From Bdellovibrionota bacterium (GTDB taxonomy: Bacteria; Bdellovibrionota_C; UBA2361; OMIW01): 39,282 nucleotides of DNA. Positions within the stretch are counted from its first letter, which is position 1. Each line of letters starts with the position of its first letter. The stretch is from assembly GCA_044345055.1 (NCBI GenBank), contig JBIJBT010000017.1, positions 1-39,282 of the forward strand, read 5' to 3'. The notes beneath the pieces are model-generated. The model was given only the letters and a program-made list of their open reading frames with translations, did no database searches and was not told the origin of the DNA. A program made the translations under genes and the position numbers. Positions 1 to 10,199 of the stretch are shown here, one piece after another.

Positions 1-53
1 TATAATAATCGAAGACAGACCGCTTTAAACTCTGAGATTGAAACTTTTTTCAT
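1..53 (-). CDS. Phd/YefM-family antitoxin (type II TA), N-terminal fragment running off the window edge
   Basis: Not in the ORF track. Manual translation from ATG at 53 gives MKKVSISEFKAVCLRLL, matching the typical Phd N-terminus (xxSEFKAxxxxLL). An alternative in-frame ATG lies at 62. Confidence 0.7.
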   Translation of the reverse strand, partial: MKKVSISEFKAVCLRLL

Positions 54-166
54 GGCTCTCATTCTAGCGAAGGTTTTCGAGGTGGAACAACATTGGAGGG
101 AAGGACGCGGAGGGGAGCCCCGGTAGCGGATTCGTGATCCCCTTTGCGTTTAGTTGCTACTCCGAC

Positions 167-670
167 TCAGCCAATCACTTTATACCCAAACCAATCCGGC
201 TTGAGATCCTGATGGCCGGTATCGGGGTGAAGATGAACGTACAACTCACCTACTGCGTCGACGACGAAGCAGTCGTCGATGTCGAGGAGATCGTCTTTGT
301 GTTGGTCGATTGAACCGACGAGGAGCTGCTTCTTCGCTTTGCGTTTTGCCTCATCTGCTGAGGGAGCTACGAAGAGAGCGAATTCATGGAGCTCTGCGAG
401 GTTTTCGGCATCGTAGCCACCAAAGTTTATAAAGTAGAGACGCTGCTCGCCTTGAGGTCGCTCCGGCGATAGCTCGATCCGAAAGCCATCAGCATATTTG
501 AGGGCGACATAGCTATCGAGGTGGAGCCCTTTAACGGTGCCGAACCACTGCTGGCGTAATGCCTCGTAGGTATCCTCAATCGCGTTGCCCGCGACAAACT
601 GAACATCATGAAGCTCGATATTGGATTTGGGGGCTTTGCCGCCGAGGTATACGAGGTAGAGGTTTGGCAT
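167..670 (-). CDS. DUF1543 domain protein
   Basis: Two-repeat architecture: LYLVYLGG...NIELHDVQFV...WFG...LHLDS and LYFINFGGYD...ELHEF. Start moved to ATG at 670, which follows AAGGA. Confidence 0.8.
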   Translation of the reverse strand: MPNLYLVYLGGKAPKSNIELHDVQFVAGNAIEDTYEALRQQWFGTVKGLHLDSYVALKYADGFRIELSPERPQGEQRLYFINFGGYDAENLAELHEFALFVAPSADEAKRKAKKQLLVGSIDQHKDDLLDIDDCFVVDAVGELYVHLHPDTGHQDLKPDWFGYKVIG

Positions 671-1047
671 GTGGGTTTTCCTTATATGGCTGTTTTTTCC
701 GCGCTGCCTGGTATTCAATACATACGCGCGAGCTCATTTACAGGCAACGGATAGCTGTCTTATTACTTGTTCGCATCAGATGCAACAACTACTGGTCCAC
801 TAACGGGAGCTGACCCTTTCTTTTAAGCTCCGAGGCATAAAGTTCTGTTGAAGCGATTTTTCGGCTGAATCGGGCTCATCAAAATTCTCTCGCATCACAC
901 CAAAAGCTTTGTGATATCCGCAAAAGCTGTTAGATCAAGAAAACCTTGAATAAAGAGAACACTGCTGGCTTCACCGCTTTACATAGCTTTAAAGTTGACG
1001 CAATGTGTGCGAGAGTTTAGGAAGGATATATTATTCAGGGGGAGTAA

Positions 1048-1401
1048 ATGCAGATTGATTTTCAACGATCACCCTATTCGCCGGAGGATTTTAGAGAGTG
1101 GCTAAAAAATCTCCCTGATGAATTTAGATTTTGTCCACAATCAGCAACTGGAAACCTCCTCGCGAAATTTTTTGAGGAACGTCGCGGCAATGCTGACGGC
1201 AATCCGGTCGTCTGCCACGACTACTGCGTGAGAGCGGATGGGGACGAATCGCTTTTTGGAGCCTCGTGGCCAGCGATGGTCTCGGATACTCTATCTTGGA
1301 TCGTAGCTGACCATAACATTCCACCCTCGGCGACTCACCGCTCCTTGTCTGTGAGCTGTGCTCGCGAATATCTACTCGCGCGACTCAGTGAGTTTGTGTG
1401 A
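1048..1401 (+). CDS. Hypothetical protein (117 aa)
   Basis: ORF with strong SD (GGGGGAG) just before the ATG; no recognised motif. Confidence 0.6.
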   Translation: MQIDFQRSPYSPEDFREWLKNLPDEFRFCPQSATGNLLAKFFEERRGNADGNPVVCHDYCVRADGDESLFGASWPAMVSDTLSWIVADHNIPPSATHRSLSVSCAREYLLARLSEFV

Positions 1402-1682
1402 TTGTTGCGAAAAAGAAGGGCTTGGGAGCCTCTATTCCTTTCAGCTAAAGAGGTCAGGCGCAGAAACCTAGACGGCCTAAATCTATTGTTCCCTTCCCAA
1501 AAACCACAGACTCCCCTACCCTAAATCGACACGATATAAAAGCCGTTCAGAAAAAACTCCATAAGTAATCGCGAAAGTGCCGCGAACTTAGAGCTCAGGC
1601 CGATCGCACTTCAGACCTGAATCCACCCTCCAAATAGTGTGGTAGGGCCAAGTATAAAAAACCTACCATCCAGGCAAAACTG

Positions 1683-2729
1683 ATGCCATCAACACATAAT
1701 CAACGCCGTCGGAGAAATCTTATTATCGGCGTTGTCGCTAGCATTGGGGCTTTGTGGTGGTCGCTCTCAGGGCTCGATTGGAGTGCCGTGGGAGTTGCGC
1801 TGCGCGCTGCGCGTTTGTGGCTTTTTGTGCCGCTTGTTGTAGTCTTTTGGCTTCACTATGTGGTTCGGTCGTATCGTTGGCGCTATCTTCTTCCGCCGCC
1901 TCACCGAGCACCTATCGGGGATTTATTTGATGGATTGATCATAGGAGGTGCGGCAACCTATCTCCTCCCTCTACGCGCCGGAGAGTTTATTCGTCCCTAT
2001 ATTGTATCGCGTCGCGGAAGCTATACCTATCCAGTAGCACTAGCCTCGGTGGTGATTGAACGATTTTTTGATCTTGCGGCGGTGCTTCTCTCTTTTGGCT
2101 TAGTTGTATCTCATATCGAGGCACTACCACCGTGGGTAAATCGTGGTGCACAGGGATTAGGAGTCCTTGCGGCGTTACTTTTGGGTGGAATTATCGTTGG
2201 TGCGTGGTTTCGTTCATTTATCGTTGCTTCGGTCCGGGTGCTCACCCCATTTTTAAAGACCAATCTGCAGAATCGGCTTATTCATTTTGTAGATGATCTC
2301 TTGCATGCGGCCGTGTCGTTACGAGATATCCCAGTCTTGGTGAGAGTGCTTGCTGCAACGGTGTTAGTGTGGGGCTCAACTTTTTTGAGCTATTACCTCT
2401 TTATTTTGATGATTCCTGCGCTACCGGCATCATTTACAATCTCGATAGCGGTCACAGTTGTGATTGCGCTCGCCGTGGCTGCACCGAGCGCTCCCGGATT
2501 TGTTGGGATTTATCAGGCGGGTTCGGTCGCTGCATTGTCTCTATACGGAGTTTCTGCTGAGGATGCGGTTGCATTCGCGATTATTTCTCACGCAACTCAG
2601 TATCTTTTGGTACTCACCTTTGGAGCACTCTCAATCCAACGTCAGGGAGTTCGGTGGGGGGATCTGCGAGAGCGAGTCCGTAATGAGGAATCGCCCCTCA
2701 ATGCAGTTGATTCAATATCGAATAAATGA
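1683..2729 (+). CDS. Lysylphosphatidylglycerol synthase TM-domain / UPF0104 flippase-like membrane protein
   Basis: RSYRWRYLL, LPLRAGEFIR, VVIERFFD and APSAPGFVG motifs; multiple TM helices. Confidence 0.85.
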   Translation: MPSTHNQRRRRNLIIGVVASIGALWWSLSGLDWSAVGVALRAARLWLFVPLVVVFWLHYVVRSYRWRYLLPPPHRAPIGDLFDGLIIGGAATYLLPLRAGEFIRPYIVSRRGSYTYPVALASVVIERFFDLAAVLLSFGLVVSHIEALPPWVNRGAQGLGVLAALLLGGIIVGAWFRSFIVASVRVLTPFLKTNLQNRLIHFVDDLLHAAVSLRDIPVLVRVLAATVLVWGSTFLSYYLFILMIPALPASFTISIAVTVVIALAVAAPSAPGFVGIYQAGSVAALSLYGVSAEDAVAFAIISHATQYLLVLTFGALSIQRQGVRWGDLRERVRNEESPLNAVDSISNK

Positions 2730-2755
2730 TTAGTGAGGCTGGTTCTTCGTTAATC

Positions 2756-3865
2756 TTAATCCACCTCTCTATCACCAAACGAAATTCCGATACCCCGTGC
2801 GGTCTGAAGTAATTGATGATCTTGAGAGATCAGTTTTGACCTGTCGAGAGCATCTGAAAAAGGAATATCAGTCACGGATGTTCCCTTATAAGACACGAGC
2901 CGACCAAATGATCCCGCTGCAGCGAGATCGAATGCATGAACACCGAACTGGGTTCCGAGAATTCGATCAAACGCTATCGGAGAGCCACCCCGAAGGAGAT
3001 GTCCTAGTACCGTTTCCCGAATATCTGCCTCGAGCCCTGCATCCTTTAGCTGTTGTGACAGAGCGTACGCAACCCCACCGAGCCGAACCACATTACGTCC
3101 AACCTCAGCAGATCCAATCGTGGTAATCGATCCATTAATCGGATGAGCACCCTCCGCCACAACAACAATACTGTAACCTCGCTTTGCGGCAAAGCGCTTC
3201 TCAATTCGTGCCTTTACCACTTTTATGTCGTAAGGTATTTCAGGAATAAGGCAAACCTCTGCGCCGCCAGAAAGAGCCGCATGAAGCGCTATCCACCCCG
3301 CCCCTCGACCCATCACCTCAACAATCATCACCCGATTGTGACTCTCTGCGGTTGTCACTAATCGATCTATTGCATCGGTTGCAGTTTGCACTGCGGTCTG
3401 AAAGCCGAAGGTATAATCGGTTCCCTCAAGGTCGTTGTCGATTGTTTTAGGAACACCAATGATCGGTAATCCCCGCTTACTCAATTCGCGCGAAATCTGT
3501 TGCGAGCCATCTCCACCGATCGAAATAACTCCCTCAAACCCCGCTTTCCTGATTCGGGCGACAAGCTCGTCTCCTCGATCAATGGTCTCAACGGTTCCAT
3601 CCTCTCGCACATGTGAAAGTGATAGGGGATTTCCTTTATTTGTTGTAAGAAGAATTGTTCCACCCTGGACGTGAATTCTAGCGACTGTTTCGGAAGTAAG
3701 GAGTCGTAGTTCAGGGGGATCCTGAAATATGCCGCTAAAGGATTCGATACTTCCGTAAACTTCCCACCCTCCGACCGAAGATGCACGTTTTACAACTCCT
3801 CTGATAACAGCGTTAAGTCCAGGGCAGTCACCACCGCCGGTGACAATGAGAATTTTTTTTGTCAT
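2756..3865 (-). CDS. pfkA: 6-phosphofructokinase (group III type, probably ATP-dependent)
   Basis: TGGGDCPGLN, GGDGS, PKTIDND, VEVMGR, LGHLLRGG. Gly in GGDGS points to ATP use. ATG at 3865 has a GGAG SD. Confidence 0.93.
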   Translation of the reverse strand: MTKKILIVTGGGDCPGLNAVIRGVVKRASSVGGWEVYGSIESFSGIFQDPPELRLLTSETVARIHVQGGTILLTTNKGNPLSLSHVREDGTVETIDRGDELVARIRKAGFEGVISIGGDGSQQISRELSKRGLPIIGVPKTIDNDLEGTDYTFGFQTAVQTATDAIDRLVTTAESHNRVMIVEVMGRGAGWIALHAALSGGAEVCLIPEIPYDIKVVKARIEKRFAAKRGYSIVVVAEGAHPINGSITTIGSAEVGRNVVRLGGVAYALSQQLKDAGLEADIRETVLGHLLRGGSPIAFDRILGTQFGVHAFDLAAAGSFGRLVSYKGTSVTDIPFSDALDRSKLISQDHQLLQTARGIGISFGDREVD

Positions 3866-3952
3866 GAAAATGCTCCGATAGGAAAAAACGGCTTCTAAAA
3901 TCAACTCTGAGTAAATCAACGCTGGGTAAATCCTGCGCTGTAAATCTTGTGT

Positions 3953-4759
3953 CTAGTAAATTCGTCGATGGGTAATTGCCGGTAATTGAGTTCGCACCTG
4001 CCCGAGATAATGCTTACTAAGCTCCGCAAAGGTAACAGATTCTCCCTCCATCGCACACGCAATCTGTGTCCCCCAAGGGTCGATGACACACGATTGACCG
4101 AACGAGTGTCGCCCACCACCATGCCGACCCGACTGGTTCGGGGCGATTATGTACAGTTGATTTTCGATCGCCCGAGCTCGCAATAGGGTATGCCAGTGAG
4201 ACGCACCTGTCTCGAAGGTAAATGCCGATGGCACAGTGATGATATGGGCTCCCTCGTGTGAGAGCTTCCGAAAAAGCTCGGGAAAACGGAGATCGTAGCA
4301 GGTCGTTAAGCCTACTTTCCATATACCTGAGCTTGCACGAATCTCAGTGGTAACGATCTCAGTTCCGGGCTCGACTCGTTCTGACTCTTGGTGAGTTTGT
4401 CCACTAGGAAGAGTGACATCAAAGAGATGAATCTTTCGATACGTTGCATGAATGGCACCGACTGGATCTATAAGCACCTGAGTATTGAATACGCGATTTA
4501 GAGAGGGGCTTCGTTCCGGAAATGATCCAATAGTTATCCAAACCTGATTCTCTGAGGCAAATTCCCGAAACGGTTCGAGCAATGGCCCTTCGACAGAATC
4601 GGCGAGCGACAGGGGAGAATCGCCGAGGTAGATCGTATTCTCAGGAAATAACAACCACTCAGCCTCGCCCGTTACCGCAGTGCGCGCAAGCCGCAATGCA
4701 CGAGCAATGTTATCTGAAGGGATATCTTTTGAGCAGAGCTGAATGAGAGCAACACGCAT
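3953..4759 (-). CDS. Carbon-nitrogen hydrolase, Nit1-like (deaminated glutathione amidase)
   Basis: Catalytic triad motifs FPE, YRKIHLFD and CYDLRFPE, plus HWxxLLRARAIENQ. Confidence 0.9.
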   Translation of the reverse strand: MRVALIQLCSKDIPSDNIARALRLARTAVTGEAEWLLFPENTIYLGDSPLSLADSVEGPLLEPFREFASENQVWITIGSFPERSPSLNRVFNTQVLIDPVGAIHATYRKIHLFDVTLPSGQTHQESERVEPGTEIVTTEIRASSGIWKVGLTTCYDLRFPELFRKLSHEGAHIITVPSAFTFETGASHWHTLLRARAIENQLYIIAPNQSGRHGGGRHSFGQSCVIDPWGTQIACAMEGESVTFAELSKHYLGQVRTQLPAITHRRIY

Positions 4760-4844
4760 ACGGTAAGGGCTCCCTAAAAATTAGATCTCGGGTTGCGATC
4801 CCGATAGCTGAACCGAGTAACAAAATCGCCCGACCGACACTGTA

Positions 4845-5744
4845 TCAATCGGAGCTGAAGGCCGCTAGCCTATTAGATATTTCATCAAAAAGGGCGAGGT
4901 GATCGAATTTTGGCATCTTCCACGGAACGATATGCATCCCAATTATGCCCCCGTGATCGGTATTGCACGCCCCGATATAATCCCCCCATTTCGCAGATTC
5001 AAGTTCGACAAGGCCGTCGTGGTGGGGACTGCTCATACCCGTTATCTTACCCTCAAGTCTGCGGAGGCGCGAGACAAAACCAGTCTCGTGATTGTCAAGA
5101 ACAGCTGCGTACGAGTAATAGAGAACACGAGGATCGTCGATTATCTCACGATTGAAGATCTCGACCGTCTGCTTCTCCGCAAGATCGCTCAACGCTGGCC
5201 AATTGGGCGAGGCGATTTTTCCTAGAACAGCGCGCTCAACCATCTGGGGAACTATTCGGCTCCCAACGCGAGCAGTTAGTCTTATCAGTGAGGGAATAAT
5301 CGTGGGAATTGTTGAGGCGGCTGGCGATCCTCGATGGGGCGTTGCAAGAGTTGTAACCGAGCGAACCCGATGGCCCCAATCAAGTCCCCCAGGAGATGCA
5401 ATGTAGCGGGCATCTAGGCCACCCATGCTGTGACCTATTAGGTGTAATGGAGTTTCGGAGCTTACCTGCTCATCTATCTCACGCGCCCAGTGGTGAGCTC
5501 GTTGTTCTATCGAGCCGACAGGATCGGGATTAGGTTGAACAACTCGCCACCCTGTTTGCTCTAAATGCAGTTTTACTCCTCTAAACATCTGCCACCACAA
5601 CAGACGATCAAAGCCGAGGAAGCCTGCGAGTAAAACAATCACTGGTCGTGAAGCAGGAAGAGCCGTTGTTTGAGTCACATGAACCTGATTTAGAAATTGA
5701 CTAATTGTTTTTGAATGACGATACCAGAGGAACCACCCTAACAA
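4845..5744 (-). CDS. Alpha/beta-hydrolase, triacylglycerol lipase-like
   Basis: GHSMGG nucleophile elbow, TPHRGS, DGLV and DH motifs. Start codon uncertain. Confidence 0.85.
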   Translation of the reverse strand: MLGWFLWYRHSKTISQFLNQVHVTQTTALPASRPVIVLLAGFLGFDRLLWWQMFRGVKLHLEQTGWRVVQPNPDPVGSIEQRAHHWAREIDEQVSSETPLHLIGHSMGGLDARYIASPGGLDWGHRVRSVTTLATPHRGSPAASTIPTIIPSLIRLTARVGSRIVPQMVERAVLGKIASPNWPALSDLAEKQTVEIFNREIIDDPRVLYYSYAAVLDNHETGFVSRLRRLEGKITGMSSPHHDGLVELESAKWGDYIGACNTDHGGIIGMHIVPWKMPKFDHLALFDEISNRLAAFSSD

Positions 5745-5892
5745 CAGGTTAGCTCATCATAACGTATCTTCAGGATAAGCTATCTGTGTGATAGGGTAGA
5801 GATCGGTGGTGGTCTTCTGAGCAGTTCATAAATAGCTCTCAAGTTTTTCAGCAGAGCTTAAATTTAAAGGGTTGCTTATGCTAGGTAGTGCC

Positions 5893-7110
5893 ATGGAGTC
5901 GGTCCAATCGAAGCAGGATGCTGAGCTAATTCAGACAAGCTCGGTACTACAAGGGGCGGGCGTTGTGCATATTTTTGCACTCGGTTTATCTGCGCGACAA
6001 TTTCTTATTCCCCATTTTGAGGCTCTCTCTCGTCACGGTGCGCGTCAGCTCCTTGTATGCTCCGAGGGGCGAGAGGCGCATGATGCTGCAACGCGCGGGC
6101 AGATGCGGTTCGAGCCGGTAGGTATCGCTCAGTCGATTAATCCATTCTCAGACCTGCTCGCAGTTTTGAAACTTTTCTCTCTTCTCCGTCGAGAGCGGCC
6201 CGCGCTAGTTGTTGCCCATATGAGTAAAGCTGCAGCAATCGGCCTGTGTGCGGCTTTTTTTAGTCGAGTTTCTCGGAGGGTATACTACAATCACGGAATG
6301 GCACTTTTCTCGGCTAGAGGACCGAAAAGAGCTCTTCTTTGGCTAATTGAACGACTCTCATGTGCAGCAGCCACCAGGGTTTTTTTCTGCAGCGAATCTA
6401 CACGAGCGGAGGCGCTCCGACTCGGAGTTGTAAGCCCAGCAAAGGCGCGGGTAGTTGGCTCTGGCTCTATTGCTGGGGTAGATACAACACTTTTTGCTCC
6501 GAGAGATTCGGCGAGTAAAGATGCGGCGCGCAAGGCGATTAATATTCCGATTGATAAAGTATCGATTGGATTTGTCGGTCGGCAAGTCCCTCATAAAGGA
6601 CTACTCACTGTGCTTGAGGCGTGGCGCGCGCTTGAGGATGAAGTCCGCCAAAGAGCAGTACTAGTGATTGTTGGCGGTATGCCAACAGCGACAATTGCCG
6701 AGGCGATCGATAGTGCAGCCTCGGAGGACCCCTCAATAATTGTGGCGGGAACCCGCAGCGACATGCCTAATGTATATGCTGCGCTGGATGTCGTTGTTTT
6801 ACCAAGTTGGCACGAGGGATTTCCATATAGCCTACTCGAAGCACAATCGTGCGGCATACCCGCGATAGCCTCGGCAGTCACCGGTAATGTTGATGCTATA
6901 ATCCCCGAAGTTACTGGCCTTCTGGTGCCACCCCGAGATCCAGTTGCTTTATCAGCAGCAATAAAGCGGCTCATCGATCAACCAGGTTTAAGGAGACGAT
7001 TGGGTGAGTCCGCAACGGAGCGGGTTCGTCAAAGCTTTTCCCGAGAGAGAGTAGTATCAAACCATTTAGCGGTATATGCCGAGCAGGTATCCCCAATCTC
7101 GGTCCCCTAA
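5893..7110 (+). CDS. Glycosyltransferase family 4 (GT-B fold)
   Basis: FVGR...KG, LPSWHEGFPYSLLEA (E-x7-E), TGLLVPP. Confidence 0.9.
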   Translation: MESVQSKQDAELIQTSSVLQGAGVVHIFALGLSARQFLIPHFEALSRHGARQLLVCSEGREAHDAATRGQMRFEPVGIAQSINPFSDLLAVLKLFSLLRRERPALVVAHMSKAAAIGLCAAFFSRVSRRVYYNHGMALFSARGPKRALLWLIERLSCAAATRVFFCSESTRAEALRLGVVSPAKARVVGSGSIAGVDTTLFAPRDSASKDAARKAINIPIDKVSIGFVGRQVPHKGLLTVLEAWRALEDEVRQRAVLVIVGGMPTATIAEAIDSAASEDPSIIVAGTRSDMPNVYAALDVVVLPSWHEGFPYSLLEAQSCGIPAIASAVTGNVDAIIPEVTGLLVPPRDPVALSAAIKRLIDQPGLRRRLGESATERVRQSFSRERVVSNHLAVYAEQVSPISVP

Positions 7111-7262
7111 CATTTTCTCTTAAGCTTTTCTCCCTTTTGGACGATAATAGAAATAGAGGGCTAATCTCAACATGACGGTCGATGAATAAGGGTAATTTTC
7201 TTCGACCGTAAGCGAGACAGCCGATGTACTCCTCAACGTCTTAATCGTTACAGAGGGAGAGC

Positions 7263-7661
7263 ATGTCACTAATCAGTTTTCTGCAAGTTGCCCACGACCT
7301 TGAAACAGCTGGTCTTCTCTGGCAGCCCGAAATCGGAGATGAAATTTCACAACGATCAGCTCCCGAAATAGTTTCAATCTTAATCGATCCACAAGGAATG
7401 ACCCCATCGGTTCTTCGTGAGACCTATGTGTGGCTTCCAACGGTAGAGCAGCTAGTCGACCAACTAGAGGCACGCAGAGCAATTCTTTTTCATGCGGGAC
7501 TTGAGATCAACGAGCGGGCTCTTGCTTACAAAACTGTCGTCCAGGTTGGGCGCGGTCAGGTCGAGGCAACGGGTGATACATTGCGAGATGCGATAGGTTC
7601 TGCGCTCCGTGAACTTCTCATCAGGGAGGGGCGAAATCAGCCCGGAGATATTTTTCATTAA
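7263..7661 (+). CDS. Hypothetical protein (132 aa)
   Basis: Clean ORF with GAGGGAG SD; contains AGLxWxPxxGD and WLPxxEQL patterns; function unknown. Confidence 0.7.
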   Translation: MSLISFLQVAHDLETAGLLWQPEIGDEISQRSAPEIVSILIDPQGMTPSVLRETYVWLPTVEQLVDQLEARRAILFHAGLEINERALAYKTVVQVGRGQVEATGDTLRDAIGSALRELLIREGRNQPGDIFH

Positions 7662-7677
7662 TCCGAGGTAGCCTATG

Positions 7678-8304
7678 CTACAAGGAGGCCGGCGGCTCGC
7701 TCTCATCGCGGGCGCTACGTTCTTTTACCTTGATTATCCACCACGCCGCAGCAAGAAGCGCGAGACCGAACGGAATCGACGCATATTTGACCGTTTGAAC
7801 CCACGCGATGATTGATGGTAAGTGCTCGGCACCCAAAAAGCCAAGCCCTAGTAAAAGAGGAACGCTAATTAGAGCAGCGCACGCATCGGCAACAATAAAG
7901 CGACCAAAACGCATTCCAAAGGCTCCACAGGAGAGAAAGGTTGCTGTGCGCAGATAAAAGAGATGCCTCGCGAGAAATATCATCAAAAAGGCGTGGCGAT
8001 CTATCCGAAGGTGGATAGCCTCCATTCGCTCAGGCGGAAAGCGGGAGCCGAGCAATCTGCTCCTAAAAAGCCGCGGACCAAATCGTTTTCCAACCCAGAA
8101 AATAATTCCATCAGATAGAAGTATCGTGAAGTATCCAACAACTATGGTTACCTGCCACGAGGCCGCATCGTGATGGATCGCCGCTCCCATGAAGAGGAGA
8201 GGCATATCCTCTGGGATCGGCAGACCCACTGAACCTCCAAGAAGGAGAAGGACAAATGCTCCGTAAATGGGCCAACCTTGTTGCGCTAGAAGCCAGTCAT
8301 GCAT
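7678..8304 (-). CDS. DedA-family membrane protein
   Basis: GLPIPED, D...FWVGKRFG, FLAR...LR...G..GM...RF...D motifs. Confidence 0.9.
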   Translation of the reverse strand: MHDWLLAQQGWPIYGAFVLLLLGGSVGLPIPEDMPLLFMGAAIHHDAASWQVTIVVGYFTILLSDGIIFWVGKRFGPRLFRSRLLGSRFPPERMEAIHLRIDRHAFLMIFLARHLFYLRTATFLSCGAFGMRFGRFIVADACAALISVPLLLGLGFLGAEHLPSIIAWVQTVKYASIPFGLALLAAAWWIIKVKERSARDESEPPASL

Positions 8305-8384
8305 TACAAATCAGTGATGAGAGGGAGAATGACAAACGGGAGAAAATAAAAAAGGCAAATGATTCTGAGTCTCGATAACCGGAA

Positions 8385-10199
8385 CTACCGCGTTAGATCA
8401 TTAGAGGTTAGACCACTCGCGACCTCACTATCATTCCTATCGAAATCAGCAAGCGAAAAGAGAAAACGGTTCTCTGCTCTGTCGAAGCCAAGAAGAGTAA
8501 CATGAATTTTGTCGCTGAGGGAGAGTCTCTCAAAAGAATCGGATTCAGGGTCGATCCTAGCAAACCCCCACTTCTTGAAACTCTCATCATCAACCTCAAA
8601 GAGAATATCTTTTTCACGAATCTCTGTTATCGTCGCAGTAAAGAGATCCCCCTGTCGAGCAAGATTCCGTCGCAACATCTCCATAAAGCGAAGCTGAAAT
8701 GCGAGAGAATCGTACGATCGCATTAGTCGATTCTGTCGATGACCAATTTTTTCCAGCTCATTGGAGGAAAACGGAGGAGGTTTCCCCTCAGCAAATGCTT
8801 CAAAAATCCATTGATTTACGATACCCACATACGTATTTCCCTTGAGTCGAAGATATGAGCGAGCGGGAATACCCTGATGATTGTTAGGAACTGAGCTATA
8901 AAGGGATCGGGGAAAAAAACGGTCGAGCATCTCAGAGAGGATGCCGTGTTGTCCTGCCTGCCGAAGCGAATCCCAGAGAGCGCTAAAGTCTCGGGCATTT
9001 GTAAACTGATTAAGTTCTACCGAGACTCCTCCACCTCTGATTCGACGAGCAAGCTGCTCTTGTTGAGTCTGTGAAGGGAGCGCATAGGTTGTATACACTC
9101 CCTCTCTCCCTTCCTTTTCTAGGAGCGAAGCTGCCTGAATATTCGCCGTTATCATACATTCAGAAACAATGCGTGCTGCCTTTCCTTCTCCTGGTGTAAC
9201 AACAACAAAATCATCAGTGCGTCTCCGCCAGACCGATAATCGGTGGGCAACTTCGCTGAGATCGCGAAGGACTTGAGCGCTATCAATAGACGAAGATGAA
9301 AGCTCATTCTGAACTTCATCAACTGTAAAAGCTCCTCGACTCATCACTGCTGATCGATAAAATTGGATATTATCAATCATTCCCTGTTGAGTTATTTTAA
9401 GCTGAAACGTCCACGCTAATCGTGGTTCATTTGGAATAAAACTCCCGGCTCCAAACGAAAATTCGCGGCCTAGCAAGGGATACGCAGAATAACTTCCATA
9501 AACCGAAAACGCTCGTGCAGATATATGGCGATCAATTGCACTGCCACGACGAGCATACCAGGTGACATCGATAAAGCTTATGTAGAGATCGATGGAATCG
9601 TCGATATGACGCTCGGCGTAAAGAGCATCTTCGCGATCGAGGGTGGTTGCAGGGTCGATTGTTATAAAAGATAAATGAGTAAGATCCGCCCCACGGCTGA
9701 GTGGAATTGGAGGAATTGGGTCTTGTTCATTTCCGATCTGAGGGATTCGGTGAAACTGTTCCAAGCGACGATCGAGCGCGGGTATGGCGTCGGTAGTAAG
9801 TATCTGAGTATCCCCAGCGACTGCTCGAACAAGATTATCAATTCCTTTAGTTGCCCAATCCTTTGTGGGATGAAGACGCACATCGAATCGTGATTCAAAA
9901 TCTTGCCACCAACGGGCAAAAGCTTCCTCTTTTTCAGGTGGTAGATCTACTTTGAGATGCAGTGCCCGAAAAATACCTCCATCAAGTTGACACTCAAATG
10001 GAATAATTTTGAGAGCATAAACGCCTAGTGGTAGAGTGGCGTGTATTTCTCGGGAAAGCTGTGAGAACGAAATCTTTGCTGATTTTTCTTTCGATGGTTG
10101 TGGGGATTCAAGAGAAGGGTGAGACGAAGAGATCACATTGTCTGACTCAGCGAGCATTGGGGGCTGAGAGGCTCCGTCAATCACGACTCTATCGGTCAT
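8385..10199 (-). CDS. RNB-domain (RNase II/R family) protein, divergent
   Basis: DLTHLSFITIDPATTLDREDAL, IDVTWY, RAFSVY, VSECMITAN motifs; S1-like C-terminus. Confidence 0.8.
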   Translation of the reverse strand: MTDRVVIDGASQPPMLAESDNVISSSHPSLESPQPSKEKSAKISFSQLSREIHATLPLGVYALKIIPFECQLDGGIFRALHLKVDLPPEKEEAFARWWQDFESRFDVRLHPTKDWATKGIDNLVRAVAGDTQILTTDAIPALDRRLEQFHRIPQIGNEQDPIPPIPLSRGADLTHLSFITIDPATTLDREDALYAERHIDDSIDLYISFIDVTWYARRGSAIDRHISARAFSVYGSYSAYPLLGREFSFGAGSFIPNEPRLAWTFQLKITQQGMIDNIQFYRSAVMSRGAFTVDEVQNELSSSSIDSAQVLRDLSEVAHRLSVWRRRTDDFVVVTPGEGKAARIVSECMITANIQAASLLEKEGREGVYTTYALPSQTQQEQLARRIRGGGVSVELNQFTNARDFSALWDSLRQAGQHGILSEMLDRFFPRSLYSSVPNNHQGIPARSYLRLKGNTYVGIVNQWIFEAFAEGKPPPFSSNELEKIGHRQNRLMRSYDSLAFQLRFMEMLRRNLARQGDLFTATITEIREKDILFEVDDESFKKWGFARIDPESDSFERLSLSDKIHVTLLGFDRAENRFLFSLADFDRNDSEVASGLTSNDLTR

